DNA of 63,595 nucleotides, filler included, from a bacterium (GCA_040757115.1; 6 parts of 6 records of this genome joined end to end with filler, not necessarily neighbours in it); one strand, 5' to 3'; positions 19,132 through 30,119 are shown, counted from the first letter of the whole stretch. The notes: generated by a model not told the origin, from the letters alone. A program made the numbers and translations.

Positions 19132-19938
19132 ATGATGGCAGAACGGGGTCAGAGGTCAGACCACAAAGGAAACCCTTTGTTCCACTCATCTTTACCCCTC
19201 AAAAACCGAATGATGAATTCGCAAAAATTGCCAATAAATACTGGGACGAACTCCAAACTCAATTAACGGAGTTAGAAACGAAACTTGGGACATCTACCAG
19301 GATATATCATGAATTGGTCTCTATAGGTGGTGAAGCTTATCGTTACCCACAAGTCGAAATATAGTTAATTGACAATTATCAATTAGACATTATCAATTCA
19401 CAATTAATATTTGATGTTGACAAAATTAACAAATAATGGTCAATTGTTAATTGTAAATTGTCAATTGTTAATTATTGGGGCTGCATATCTCTGTTATTTC
19501 GCAGTATTTCCCCTCAAAAATCTTCCCTCTCAAGATGTGGGTAACGATAAGGTGGTGAAGAGGGGGTTAAAGTCATTGAAGAATTGAGTAAGGGAAGCTG
19601 TCAAATTGTCAAGTCCAGGTGAGACAAAGGAGCCCCACTTGAGCTGATCGAAGATAGAGAATTATTATCTGAGTTTATGGATTGGAGTAAATGTCTGATG
19701 GTGGAATTGGAGAAGGTATTTGATAAGGTTTATGCATTCTATACAGATGCCCAGCAAAAGAGGAATAAGTATATTGAGAAACAGATAGACGAGACATTAG
19801 GAGAAAATGAAGCGGGGATATTATTAATGTAAGAACATCATCAGGTGCAATTCCCACAAGGGGTACAGGTATTTTATGTTACCCCAGCTTCATTAGACGA
19901 ATTAGACGCTGGATTAGAACACATGTCTATGAAATTTA
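19132..19938 (+). pseudogene. Disrupted hypothetical gene
   Basis: Frame resumes after removing the 19336-19551 insertion (..SIGGE|EGVKVIEELS..) but contains further stop codons. Confidence 0.6.
19336..19551. mobile_element. MITE with CTTATCGTTACCCACA TIRs and 9-bp TSD
   Basis: Perfect 16-bp TIR; GTGGTGAAG duplicated; CAATT-type inverted heptamers inside. Confidence 0.9.
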
Positions 19939-20053
19939 AAAAGAGAACACGAATGATACGAATTACACAGTACATAGCATTGGAGTAACAGCAGTTGTGC
20001 TGTTATGACGCCACAAGTGGCATCAATCCGCTATCATTAAAGGTTGTAAAATT

Positions 20054-20338
20054 ATGAGTCTTGATAAAACTATTTGGAAGGAAGCTATTAGTCAATATAA
20101 AGCCTGGAATGAAGCCAAATTTACTGAACAGGTGTTGTCTGCTGGCAAAAAAACATTGTCTGATAAATGGCGAGAATATGAAGAGTTAATGTCTCTATGC
20201 TGGAAACTTAAACCAAACCCAGGATTAACCCAGCAACAGCGTGCTATGGAAGAATGGGAAACTTATTATGCCTTTATCCGTCGATTCGAGGAAAAAAGAA
20301 AAAGATATGGAAAGGCAACTTCTACCAGTATTACATAA
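20054..20338 (+). CDS. Small hypothetical protein coupled to a nucleotidyltransferase
   Basis: Overlaps the downstream gene; TA-like arrangement. Confidence 0.6.
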   Translation: MSLDKTIWKEAISQYKAWNEAKFTEQVLSAGKKTLSDKWREYEELMSLCWKLKPNPGLTQQQRAMEEWETYYAFIRRFEEKRKRYGKATSTSIT

Positions 20339-20882
20339 AGCTATCACTTTGTTAGAAGAATACGGTTACCGTTATGCTGTGATTGGAGGTCTTGCTGTTT
20401 CTAAATGGGGGTGGACCAGAGCTACTTATGATGTGGATATTAAGGTCTTAGTGACGGATACTGATTATTCATCTGTTCGTGCGATCATTCGTTCTGCTTT
20501 TTCAGAACGTGCCCGTCCACATATTCTGGAAAATCCATTGATTGTGGATACGAAAATAGATGAAGTTATTGTTGATTTTTTGCTGGCAGTACCAGGTTAT
20601 GAGGAAAATATTATCACTCGTGCCATATCTTGCGACATAAATGAGTTAAAGGTTTGGATTTGTTCACCAGAAGATTTGATTATTCAAAAAGCTGTCGCCA
20701 GCCGACCACAAGATTGGCAAGATATTGAAGGAATACTCACCGAACAATATGAACATCTCAATATGGATTACATAAATGATTGGCTTAAGGAATTTGCAGA
20801 GGTTTTAGAACGGCCAGAGATGTTGAATCAATATCAACATATACAGGAAGTTATATTAAATGTAAGGGGAGAGAAGGAATAA
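20307..20882 (+). CDS. Nucleotidyltransferase (DUF6036/AbiEii-like)
   Basis: YAVIGGLAV...RATYDVD and SPEDLIIQK..ASRPQDWQD; start moved to ATG 20307. Confidence 0.8.
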   Translation: MERQLLPVLHKAITLLEEYGYRYAVIGGLAVSKWGWTRATYDVDIKVLVTDTDYSSVRAIIRSAFSERARPHILENPLIVDTKIDEVIVDFLLAVPGYEENIITRAISCDINELKVWICSPEDLIIQKAVASRPQDWQDIEGILTEQYEHLNMDYINDWLKEFAEVLERPEMLNQYQHIQEVILNVRGEKE

Positions 20883-20913
20883 TTTTGATGCGAAAATTAT
20901 TGATAAGTATTTT

Positions 20914-21173
20914 GTAACTATTCAGCCACTGATTAACACGGATTAGCACGGATAAATACAGAGGGCAGAAGGCAGAGGGCAGAGGGCAGAGAGCAGAGGG
21001 TAGAAGGCAGAGAGCAGAGAGCAGAGGACAACAGGAGGAAAAACCTTCAGCCTGATTACGGACGCGATTCACGAATCCTCAGTGTTTCATCTATGTCCAT
21101 CTGTGGCTGAATAGTTACCAATAAATTTTAATTTTTTTTCTCTGCGTCTCTGTGTTCTGCGGTGAACAGTTAC
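20914..21173. mobile_element. IS66-like MITE nest with GCAGAGG heptamer array
   Basis: GTAACTATTCAGCC...GGCTGAATAGTTAC (21118) plus an outer right end TGAACAGTTAC (21173). Confidence 0.8.
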
Positions 21174-21187
21174 AAAAAGGAAATATT

Positions 21188-24100
21188 ATGCCAAAACGAA
21201 CAGACATACATAAGATATTAATTATTGGTTCAGGACCGATTATCATTTCACAAGCCTGTGAATTTGACTACTCCGGGACACAGGCCTGTAAGGCTTTAAA
21301 AGAGGAAGGTTACAAGGTCATTCTGGTCAATTCAAATCCTGCGACCATTATGACTGACCCGCAAATGGCTGACCAAACCTACATTGAGCCTATTACGCCG
21401 GAGGTTGTGGGTAAAATCATAGAGATTGAACGACCTGATGCCATTTTACCAACACTTGGTGGTCAGACAGGACTTAATGTCGCGGTTAAGGTATGCGAGA
21501 TGGGAATCCTTAAAAAATTCAAGGTAGAGATGATTGGAGCGAATTACCAGGCGATTAAAAAGGCTGAAGATAGAAGTCAATTCAAACAGGCGATGTTAAA
21601 AATTGGTCTTGCGGTGCCCAGAAGTGGGTTAGCCTACAATCTGGATGAGGCTAAAAACATCGCCCAGGAAATTGGTTTCCCGATAATTATCCGACCAAGC
21701 TTTACCTTAGGTGGGACAGGTGGAGGAATTGCCTACAATATTGAAGAGTTTGAAAAAATAGCCTCAACCGGTCTGGAGGCAAGTATGATTTCAGAGATAT
21801 TGATTGAAGAATCTGTTCTTGGCTGGAAGGAATATGAGTTAGAGGTGATGCGTGACATCAAAGATAATGTGGTGATTATCTGTTCTATCGAGAATTTTGA
21901 CCCAATGGGTGTTCATACAGGTGATTCAATCACAGTTGCCCCGGCTCAAACTCTCTCAGATAAAGAATATCAACTGATGCGGGATGCGGCTATTGCTATC
22001 ATCCGTGAAATTGGCGTAGAGACTGGTGGGTCAAATATTCAATTTGCAGTGAATCCTGATAATGGTAAAATGATGGTGATTGAAATAAATCCCCGTGTTT
22101 CAAGGAGTTCTGCATTAGCCTCAAAAGCCACCGGCTTTCCTATTGCTAAGATGGCGGCTAAATTAGCCGTTGGCTATACCTTAGATGAAATCCCAAATGA
22201 CATTACCAAAAAAACACCAGCCTCTTTTGAACCGACTATTGACTATTGCGTGGTCAAAATCCCAAGATTTACCTTTGAAAAATTCCCGCAGGCAGAGGAT
22301 GTTTTAACCACTTCGATGAAATCTGTTGGTGAGGCAATGGCTATCGGACGGACATTTAAAGAGGCACTTCAAAAAGGACTGCGGTCTCTGGAAATAGGTA
22401 AATTTGGTCTTGGTGCTGATGGCAAAGATAAACCTCAAGATTTAGCAGAAATTAAGAAAAACCTCATTGTCCCGAATTCAAAAAGGCTATTTTACATTAG
22501 ATATGCCCTGCAACACAGGATGACTGTAGATGAAATCTATGAATTGAGTAAGATAGATAAATGGTTTTTGGAAAATATCAAGCAGATTGTAGAGATGGAG
22601 GGAGAGATTCAAAATTCAAAATTCAAAATTCAAAACATTAAAAAAGCAAAGCAATATGGCTTTTCGGATAAACAGTTAGCACATCTTTTAGATTCAGATG
22701 AGGAATCTATTCGGCAGATACGAATGAAAAATGATATAAAAGCTACATTCAAATTAGTTGATACCTGTGCGGCTGAATTTGAGGCTTATACACCCTATTA
22801 TTACTCTACCTACGAAACCGAAAATGAAATCCGTCTATCTACCAGAGAAAAGGTGATGATACTTGGTGGTGGTCCCAATCGCATTGGACAGGGAATTGAG
22901 TTTGATTATTGTTGTTGTCAGGCCTCCTTTGCCTTAAAAGAAGAAGGTTATGAAAGTATTATGGTCAATTGTAATCCTGAAACCGTCTCAACCGACTACG
23001 ATACATCAGATAAACTTTACTTTGAGCCAATGACGATTGAGGATATTTTAAATATCGTTGAAATGGAAAAACCAAAAGGCGTCATCATTCAACTGGGTGG
23101 ACAGACACCATTAAATTTAGCCATTCCATTAGAAAAAGCCGGGGTAAAGATTTTAGGGACTTCAACGGATGCGGTTGACCGTGCAGAAGACCGGGGTAGA
23201 TTCAAGATGCTTCTTGAAAAATTGAATCTTAAACAAACACCAAATGGCATTGCCTTTTCACCAGAAGTGGCAAAAAAAATCGCCCAGGAGATAGGTTATC
23301 CGGTGCTTGTTCGTCCTTCTTATGTGCTGGGTGGTCGAGCAATGGAGATTGTCTATGATGAGGCAGAACTAAAAAAATACATCCAGTCTGCGGCTGAAAT
23401 TTCACCTGAACATCCAATTTTAGTTGATAAATTCCTTGAAGATGCCATTGAGGTTGATGTCGATGCTATCGCAGATGGAGAAACAGTGGTTATTGCGGGG
23501 ATTATGGAACACATTGAGCATGCAGGCATACACTCAGGGGATTCTGCCTGTGTCCTTCCACCTCATACCCTGCCAAAACCAATTATTGCTGAACTTAAAA
23601 AACAAACCTATGCCCTGGCAAAAGAACTTGAAATAATCGGATTGATTAACATTCAATATGCTATTCGAGAAGGTGAAATATATGTTTTAGAGGTTAATCC
23701 AAGGGCATCCCGAACAATACCTTTTGTCTCAAAGGCGATAGGTGTCTCTTTAGCTAATTTGGCAACTAAAGTTATAGTTGGAAAAACACTTAAAGAACTT
23801 GGATTCACTCAAGAAGTCCTACCAAAACATGTGACAGTTAAAGAAGTGGTCTTCCCATTTGTTCGATTTCCTGGCACAGATACCATTTTGGGTCCAGAGA
23901 TGAAATCCACTGGTGAAGTAATGGGCATTGACACAGATTTTGGCCTGGCATTTGCCAAATCGCAAATAGCCGCAAATCAACTCTTGCCTCAAAAAGGAAA
24001 TGTCTTTGTCTCGGTCAAGGATAAGGATAAACCAGTAATCCTGCCTGCGATTAAGAAGCTGGTAGAGTTAGGATTTAACTTAATTGCAACTGAAGGGACA

Positions 24101-24496
24101 CATAACTTCTTTATGCAACATAACTTGCAGATGACTAAAATTGCAAAGGTAGGAGAAGGCAGACCTGATGTGATTGATTTAATGAAAAATCAAGAGGTGC
24201 AACTTCTGATAAATACGCCAGGTGGTAAAAAGCCGCGACAGGATGAGATGAAAATGCGCACCAATGCCTATCTTCACAATATTCCAATTATTACTACGGC
24301 TCAAGGTGTTTTAGCCGCCGCTGATGGCATTTGTGCACTTATACAGGGTGAATTTGGAGTAAAACCTATTCAGGAATATCACAGCCAGATATTAAATAAA
24401 AGTAACCGTTCAGCCACAGAGGCACAGAGAACACAGAGGGAATATATAACTACGAATGAACACAAATACAAAAAAATTTGTAGTACGAGGCTTTAG
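21188..24496 (+). CDS. carB: Carbamoyl-phosphate synthase large subunit
   Basis: MPKRTDI start, two ATP-grasp halves, MGS domain; the last ~31 codons lie in a MITE. Confidence 0.98.
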   Translation: MPKRTDIHKILIIGSGPIIISQACEFDYSGTQACKALKEEGYKVILVNSNPATIMTDPQMADQTYIEPITPEVVGKIIEIERPDAILPTLGGQTGLNVAVKVCEMGILKKFKVEMIGANYQAIKKAEDRSQFKQAMLKIGLAVPRSGLAYNLDEAKNIAQEIGFPIIIRPSFTLGGTGGGIAYNIEEFEKIASTGLEASMISEILIEESVLGWKEYELEVMRDIKDNVVIICSIENFDPMGVHTGDSITVAPAQTLSDKEYQLMRDAAIAIIREIGVETGGSNIQFAVNPDNGKMMVIEINPRVSRSSALASKATGFPIAKMAAKLAVGYTLDEIPNDITKKTPASFEPTIDYCVVKIPRFTFEKFPQAEDVLTTSMKSVGEAMAIGRTFKEALQKGLRSLEIGKFGLGADGKDKPQDLAEIKKNLIVPNSKRLFYIRYALQHRMTVDEIYELSKIDKWFLENIKQIVEMEGEIQNSKFKIQNIKKAKQYGFSDKQLAHLLDSDEESIRQIRMKNDIKATFKLVDTCAAEFEAYTPYYYSTYETENEIRLSTREKVMILGGGPNRIGQGIEFDYCCCQASFALKEEGYESIMVNCNPETVSTDYDTSDKLYFEPMTIEDILNIVEMEKPKGVIIQLGGQTPLNLAIPLEKAGVKILGTSTDAVDRAEDRGRFKMLLEKLNLKQTPNGIAFSPEVAKKIAQEIGYPVLVRPSYVLGGRAMEIVYDEAELKKYIQSAAEISPEHPILVDKFLEDAIEVDVDAIADGETVVIAGIMEHIEHAGIHSGDSACVLPPHTLPKPIIAELKKQTYALAKELEIIGLINIQYAIREGEIYVLEVNPRASRTIPFVSKAIGVSLANLATKVIVGKTLKELGFTQEVLPKHVTVKEVVFPFVRFPGTDTILGPEMKSTGEVMGIDTDFGLAFAKSQIAANQLLPQKGNVFVSVKDKDKPVILPAIKKLVELGFNLIATEGTHNFFMQHNLQMTKIAKVGEGRPDVIDLMKNQEVQLLINTPGGKKPRQDEMKMRTNAYLHNIPIITTAQGVLAAADGICALIQGEFGVKPIQEYHSQILNKSNRSATEAQRTQREYITTNEHKYKKICSTRL

Positions 24497-24634
24497 CCTC
24501 GCTTCTGGCAAGCCAAAAGGCGAACCTAAAGATTCGCACTACATTTATGGGATGTCAGAGGTTAATTCGTGTGCATTTGTGGTTAATTTCCTTAATTCTC
24601 TGTGAACTCTGTGCCTCTGTGGCTGAACGCTTAC
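24402..24634. mobile_element. IS66-like MITE with GTAG-REP core
   Basis: Inverted relative of 6171-6411. Confidence 0.85.
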
Positions 24635-24699
24635 GAAGATTTTTTATCAAATTTTATGCTTGACAAATTAGGGATTATTCTGATACAATAGATACCAAT

Positions 24700-25071
24700 G
24701 TGGCAAAGATTTTAATCGTTGATGATGATAGCTATATAATTGATGTTGTGAAGGTTGCTCTGGAAATACAAGGATATGAGATTATTGATGCCTTTGATGG
24801 TGATGAAGCTTTAGCAAAAACAATACATGAATTTCCTGACCTTATCCTCTTAGACCTTTTGATGCCAAAAATGGATGGTTGGGAGGTATATGAACAACTT
24901 AAAGGAGAGACAAAAACAGCTCATATCCCAATAATAATCATAAGTGCCTTATCTGAGGAAACAAGTATGCCAGAGGGAATGGAAGTTGAAGATTATATTG
25001 CAAAACCATTTGAAATGAATGATTTATTAAATAGGGTAAAGAAAGTCTTGAGAAAATATGAGCGGGGGTAG
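24700..25071 (+). CDS. Single-domain response regulator
   Basis: ILIVDDD, DLILLDLLMPKMDG, YIAKPF. Confidence 0.93.
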   Translation: MAKILIVDDDSYIIDVVKVALEIQGYEIIDAFDGDEALAKTIHEFPDLILLDLLMPKMDGWEVYEQLKGETKTAHIPIIIISALSEETSMPEGMEVEDYIAKPFEMNDLLNRVKKVLRKYERG

Positions 25072-25137
25072 CTCAGTTGGTAGAGCAACGGCCTTCCAAG
25101 CCGTTGGCCGCGGGTTCGAATCCCGTCCCCCGCTCCA
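25062..25137 (+). tRNA. tRNA-Gly(TCC)
   Basis: 76-nt cloverleaf, anticodon loop CTTCCAA, GGTTCGAATCC T-arm, encoded CCA. Confidence 0.95.
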
Positions 25138-25209
25138 AAAGGAAAAACTGAAGTAATGGAGTGGTAATTTTAGAACCATTACTCCATCTCTCCATCACTT
25201 TAGTCATCC

Positions 25210-25397
25210 TATTGTCGTGTTGAACAAATAACGCACGGAATTTGATTCTGGTAACTGGTGATTGGTAACTGGTAATTAAATACCGTTCGGCTGATCTCAG
25301 GACGAAACTATTTAACCAATTACCAGTTACCAATTATCCGTTTGCAGGTTATGAAATCTGATGATACCCCGTGCAAAACTTACTCAACACGACACTA
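25210..25397. mobile_element. MITE with TATTGTCGTGTTGA/TCAACACGACACTA ends
   Basis: Inverted TGGTAAC/GTTACCA heptamer arrays inside. Confidence 0.75.
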
Positions 25398-25408
25398 TGA
25401 GGTGTAAA

Positions 25409-26209
25409 GTGGCAAAGAAGAAAAAAGACGGTGGTGGAGAAGGAGGAGCGAAGGTTGAAACTGCGGGTGGGTTACGCTGGCTAATTACTTATGCAGATAT
25501 GATTACACTCCTTCTGGGAGTATTTATTATTTTATGTTCTGGTGGTGCTCCGAGTGAATCGGAAATGCAACAACTTACCACTGCATTTGAAAAGGTATTT
25601 AGTATTAGTGAAGGTGGTGGTGGAGAAAAGGTTGTCACAGGAGCAGGTGGTAAAAAGGTATTAGAGGGTAAAAGTGGTGTCCTATCCGCTACAAAAGATT
25701 TAATCTCTCCTAAGGCATTAATTACCCGTAAATATACTCAAACCTTTAGTTCTGAAATTAAAAAAGGTAAGATGGCGGTTAAATCGACTAAAGATGCCCT
25801 GGTAATTAGATGTTATGAAACATTATTATTTGAGCGAGGGAGTCCCCTAATAAAACCAGAGGCATATCCTACACTTGAGCGGATTGGTCTTTTAATCTCA
25901 AGAATTCCTAATAAAATCGCCATTGAAGGACATACGGATGCCTCATTACCAGCACAATTCCCATCTAATTGGGAACTATCAACTGCTCGGGCAACAAATG
26001 TCTTACAGCACCTGATAGATTATGCAGAGAAAAGTGGTCTATCTCCAACAGAGATTGAAAATATTCAAAAGAGATTGTCTGTATTTGGCTATGCTCAATT
26101 TCACCCGGTAAATGATGACCCTTATGCTAAAGTTAATAACCGCATAGATATTATTATCTATCATCATAAAACAGCGGAAGAATTACTTTTTAAAGAAGAG
26201 GAGAGTTAA
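25409..26209 (+). CDS. MotB-like protein (TM/plug + OmpA-like domain), copy 1
   Basis: WLITYADMITLL, IEGHTD, SNWELSTARA; start GTG 25409 after GAGGTG. Confidence 0.9.
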   Translation: MAKKKKDGGGEGGAKVETAGGLRWLITYADMITLLLGVFIILCSGGAPSESEMQQLTTAFEKVFSISEGGGGEKVVTGAGGKKVLEGKSGVLSATKDLISPKALITRKYTQTFSSEIKKGKMAVKSTKDALVIRCYETLLFERGSPLIKPEAYPTLERIGLLISRIPNKIAIEGHTDASLPAQFPSNWELSTARATNVLQHLIDYAEKSGLSPTEIENIQKRLSVFGYAQFHPVNDDPYAKVNNRIDIIIYHHKTAEELLFKEEES

Positions 26210-26211
26210 AA

Positions 26212-26994
26212 ATGGCGAAGAAGAAGAAAGGTGGTGGAGAACATGGTGAAGGACTTGAAACCGCAGGTGGCTTACGGTGGCTAATTACCTATGCGGATAT
26301 GATTACCTTACTTCTTGGAGTATTTATTATTTTAGTCTCGACATCTCAAATGGAAGGACCTAAATCAGCGGCTTTAGGTGAGGCATTAGAACGAATATTT
26401 TCTATATTTAAACGCGAGGGAGGAGATAAAGCTAATGCCCCGCAATCAGGAGGAGATAGTGTTCTTCCCAAACGCACAGCAGAAGAAGGAATCAGGGCAA
26501 CCGCTGTTATCCGAACAGCAATCATTAAAAAAAGATTAGTCCAGAGTATACCCCAGACCGTTGCTGAGGGAAAAATAGTTACTGAAAAAACTAAAAAAGG
26601 ATTAGTGGTAAGTTATCATGATTCGTTGTTTTTTGATGTCGGCAGGGCTAATATAAAAGAAGAATCTTATGCCAGTCTGGATAAAATTGCCCGAACCCTT
26701 GAGATAATCCCAAATAAAGTCATAATTGAAGGGCATACAGATGCCTCACCAATTTCCACTCAAGAGTTTAAATCTAACTGGGAATTATCAACGGCAAGGG
26801 CTAATAATATCTTACATTATTTTATTGAACATGCTAAAAAAAGCGGTTTTGATGAAGAAAAATTAGAGGAATACGAACAAAGATTTGCTATTGCCGGCTA
26901 TGGTCAATTCCAGCCTATTGATGAAAATCCTTCTTCTCCTCAAAACAGAAGAATCAATATTGTTATCCTGGATAAAAAAACAAAGGAATTTTAA
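26212..26994 (+). CDS. MotB-like protein, copy 2
   Basis: Same motifs; NRRINIVIL. Confidence 0.9.
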   Translation: MAKKKKGGGEHGEGLETAGGLRWLITYADMITLLLGVFIILVSTSQMEGPKSAALGEALERIFSIFKREGGDKANAPQSGGDSVLPKRTAEEGIRATAVIRTAIIKKRLVQSIPQTVAEGKIVTEKTKKGLVVSYHDSLFFDVGRANIKEESYASLDKIARTLEIIPNKVIIEGHTDASPISTQEFKSNWELSTARANNILHYFIEHAKKSGFDEEKLEEYEQRFAIAGYGQFQPIDENPSSPQNRRINIVILDKKTKEF

Positions 26995-28083
26995 ATGGGC
27001 TTTACCTTAGGGATTATTGGGCTGCCAAATGTAGGTAAATCTACGGTTTTCAACGCCTTAACCAAACTACATGTCCCCGCAGAAAATTTTCCTTTCTGTA
27101 CAGTAAGACCAAATGTAGGTATGGTAAGCATAAAAGATAGTCGTCTAAACGAATTGTCGAAATTAATTGATGCGGTGGAAACAATCCCAACAACTATTGA
27201 ATTTATTGACATCGCGGGTTTGGTTCGTGGAGCAAGTAAAGGAGCAGGACTGGGAAATCAATTTCTATCTCATATTCAGGAAGTAAATGGACTTGCTCAG
27301 ATTATTCGTGCCTTCATCGACCAGAATGTCTCGCATATTGAGGGAGAAATCTGTCCACAAAAGGATATTAATATCATAAATATCGAACTAATTTTAAAAG
27401 ACCTGGAGACGATTGAAAAACGGATAAATAAAATAACCCCATATCTTAAAACAAAAGATAAAATCTATAAAGAAGAAATAGCGGTTCTAAATAAACTTAA
27501 AACTCACTTAGATTCCGAAAATCCAGTGAGGGGATTGGACCTTGACGAAAAAGAAAAGGAATTTGTCAAAACTTATGGACTACTTACGGCTAAACCGATA
27601 ATTTATGTGGCAAATATTAATGAAAATACACCTGACGAGTTAATTGGTCAGGTTAAACTCAAGGGATTAAAAGAGGGATTAGAGGTAATTATCTTAAATG
27701 CTAAATTGGAAGTAGAATTATTAGAAGATTTCGATGAAGATGAGGCACAAAGATTTAGAGAAGAACTCGGCATTCAAGAATCTGGCTTACAAAAATTAGC
27801 CCAATCAGGATATAAGGCACTTAATCTCATCACCTTTTTTACGGTGGCAAATAGAAAACTTCGAGCCTGGACGATTGAGAAAAATACATTAGCCTCAAAA
27901 GCCGCCGGGAAAATACATACGGATATGGAAAAAGGATTTATATGTGCTGAGGTTATTCCATATCAAAAATTGAAAGAAATAGGTTCGTGGACAAAGGCAA
28001 AAGAAATGGGCGAGATTAAGCACGAAGGCAGAGAATATTGTGTTTGTGATGGAGATGTTATTACTTTTAAATTTAATCCTTAA
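26995..28083 (+). CDS. ychF: Redox-regulated ATPase YchF
   Basis: GIIGLPNVGKST, DIAGLVRGASKGAGLGNQFL, AGKIHTD. Confidence 0.96.
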   Translation: MGFTLGIIGLPNVGKSTVFNALTKLHVPAENFPFCTVRPNVGMVSIKDSRLNELSKLIDAVETIPTTIEFIDIAGLVRGASKGAGLGNQFLSHIQEVNGLAQIIRAFIDQNVSHIEGEICPQKDINIINIELILKDLETIEKRINKITPYLKTKDKIYKEEIAVLNKLKTHLDSENPVRGLDLDEKEKEFVKTYGLLTAKPIIYVANINENTPDELIGQVKLKGLKEGLEVIILNAKLEVELLEDFDEDEAQRFREELGIQESGLQKLAQSGYKALNLITFFTVANRKLRAWTIEKNTLASKAAGKIHTDMEKGFICAEVIPYQKLKEIGSWTKAKEMGEIKHEGREYCVCDGDVITFKFNP

Positions 28084-28132
28084 AATTTTATTGACACAAT
28101 ATTGATTTTTTGATATACTTATTTTGGAGGAA

Positions 28133-29044
28133 ATGATGACAATATTAGAGTGGATTAACTCAGTTCAGGGAGTAATTACTATTCTCGGAAGTATTCTCGG
28201 AGGAATAATTACTCTAATAGGAACCATTATTGGTGGTATATTATGGTTACAAAGAAAGTTTGCGGCAATTGATGCAAGGTTCGAGGCAATTGATGCAAGA
28301 TTTGCGGCAATTGATGCAAGGTTCGAGGCAGTTGATGCAAGATTTGAAATAATTGAAAGAAAACTTGCGACAATTGATGCAAGATTAGCGGCAATTGATG
28401 AAAGGTTTGCGACAATTGATGCAAGATTAGCGGCAATTGATGAAAGGTTTGCGACAATTGATGCAAGATTAGCGGCAATTGATGAAAGGTTTGCGACAAT
28501 TGATGCAAGATTAGCGGCAATTGATGAAAGGTTTGCGACAATTGATGCAAGATTAGCGAAAGTTGATGCAAGGTTTGCAACAACTGATGAAAAATTTGAG
28601 AAGTTAGTTAACGCAATGAGGATAATGGCTGAAAATATAAGTGAGAATACGAGAGTTCTAAAAATGGTGGATGAAAATATAATTACAGTCCTGGCTCGGG
28701 CACATCTTATTTTACCGGAGGAACAAATTACACTTTATAAAAGTTTTAGTGATAGTCATATAAATACATTTGAAAATACAGTAAAATGGCTAACAGGAAA
28801 AGCTAATCCTTTCAGCAAAGAAGAAGTTGCAAGATTAGTAAAATATAAAGATATGGCTACGGGGGGAAAAATATTTTCGCTTGAAGAAGCCAAAGATTTC
28901 CATGAACTCGCTCATAAGCTGGACCGTGAACCAGGTGCCCCAGGCGAAGGGGTGGGATTTTTATTAGCCTTAACGGCTTATATCTTTGGAGTAAGTCTGG
29001 GCATTGAAGATGATAAAAAAAAGGAGGTGAGGGATAAAAATTGA
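28133..29044 (+). CDS. Membrane-anchored coiled-coil repeat protein
   Basis: N-terminal TM; tandem 7-aa (21-nt) repeats xAxIDAR/ER at about 28258-28590; promoter TTGACA-17-TATACT at 28091-28119. Confidence 0.75.
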   Translation: MMTILEWINSVQGVITILGSILGGIITLIGTIIGGILWLQRKFAAIDARFEAIDARFAAIDARFEAVDARFEIIERKLATIDARLAAIDERFATIDARLAAIDERFATIDARLAAIDERFATIDARLAAIDERFATIDARLAKVDARFATTDEKFEKLVNAMRIMAENISENTRVLKMVDENIITVLARAHLILPEEQITLYKSFSDSHINTFENTVKWLTGKANPFSKEEVARLVKYKDMATGGKIFSLEEAKDFHELAHKLDREPGAPGEGVGFLLALTAYIFGVSLGIEDDKKKEVRDKN

Positions 29045-29379
29045 GATGTTATGAATGTATGTTAATTGTTAACCCACAAGTAAAAGAAGAAGAGGTCGAA
29101 AAGTTAATCAAAAAGGTAGAAAAAATAGTCGAAAAACATAGTGGAGAAATTAAAAAGGTAACAAAACTGGGGTTAAAAAAATTAGCAAATCCCATTAAAC
29201 ATAAAAGGGAAGGGATTTATTACCTGCTAAATTTAGAAATTGACCCTGTCTCAATTAAAGAATATGAAAATATTCTGAAACTCTCTAATATTGTTTTAAG
29301 ATTTCTTACCCAAACATCAACTGCACCAGTAGTTGAAACACAACCAGTAAAGGAAGAACTAATAAAGGAGGAAGCATAG
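29041..29379 (+). CDS. rpsF: 30S ribosomal protein S6
   Basis: YECMLIVNP, LGLKKLANPI, EGIYYLL; rpsF-ssb-rpsR synteny. Confidence 0.92.
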   Translation: MRCYECMLIVNPQVKEEEVEKLIKKVEKIVEKHSGEIKKVTKLGLKKLANPIKHKREGIYYLLNLEIDPVSIKEYENILKLSNIVLRFLTQTSTAPVVETQPVKEELIKEEA

Positions 29380-29381
29380 TC

Positions 29382-29801
29382 GTGGCAAATTATAATCGTG
29401 TGATAATAGCCGGTAATTTAACCCGTGATCCAGAATTGAGATATATTCCAAGTGGTCAACCTGTAGCAAATTTTACAGTTGCGATTAATAGGAGTTATAT
29501 AACTCAAGCAGGAGAGCGACGGGAAGAAACAAGTTTTATACCAGTGGTAGTCTGGAGAAAGCAAGCGGAAACTTGCAATCAGTATTTAAGTAAAGGGAGT
29601 CCTGTTTTAGTCGAAGGCAGACTTCAACAACGCTCATGGGAAACTCAAGAGGGACAAAAAAGAAGCATCATCGAAGTAGTGGCAGATAGAGTAGTTTTCT
29701 TAGGAGGAGCTAAACCTCCGGTGGAAGAAGTAGAAGAAGGAGTATCTGAATCTCAAAACAATAGAACTCCAGAAGATAAAAATGAGGATGTGCCTTTTTA
29801 A
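29382..29801 (+). CDS. ssb: Single-stranded DNA-binding protein
   Basis: GNLTRDPELRY; acidic tail EDVPF. Confidence 0.97.
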   Translation: MANYNRVIIAGNLTRDPELRYIPSGQPVANFTVAINRSYITQAGERREETSFIPVVVWRKQAETCNQYLSKGSPVLVEGRLQQRSWETQEGQKRSIIEVVADRVVFLGGAKPPVEEVEEGVSESQNNRTPEDKNEDVPF

Positions 29802-29824
29802 AGGAGGAAAAAAATTAATAGATT

Positions 29825-30079
29825 ATGTTAAAAAAAACACAGACAAAAAAAACAACTAATTGGGCCGATCCAAAACGAAGGAGAAAATGTTATTTTTGTG
29901 TGGATAAAAAGAAAGAAATTGACTATAAAGATATGGATGGTTTAAGAAGATACATATCTGAAAGAGGAAAGATTTTGAATAGACGAATTACCAAAAATTG
30001 TGCAAAACACCAGCGTTTGGTAACCAGAGCCATTAAACAAGCAAGAAATCTGGCGATTTTACCATACACTGTAGAATAG
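29825..30079 (+). CDS. rpsR: 30S ribosomal protein S18 (Cys-containing form)
   Basis: KCYFC, IDYKD, CAKHQR, AIKQAR. Confidence 0.96.
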   Translation: MLKKTQTKKTTNWADPKRRRKCYFCVDKKKEIDYKDMDGLRRYISERGKILNRRITKNCAKHQRLVTRAIKQARNLAILPYTVE

Positions 30080-30119
30080 ATTTATCCTTTTATAACGGGT
30101 AAACAGTATCACAAGCATC

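Noticed and set aside
28227-28583. Antisense repeat ORF (LHQL repeats)
   Set aside because: Shadow of the 21-nt repeats in the plus-strand gene.
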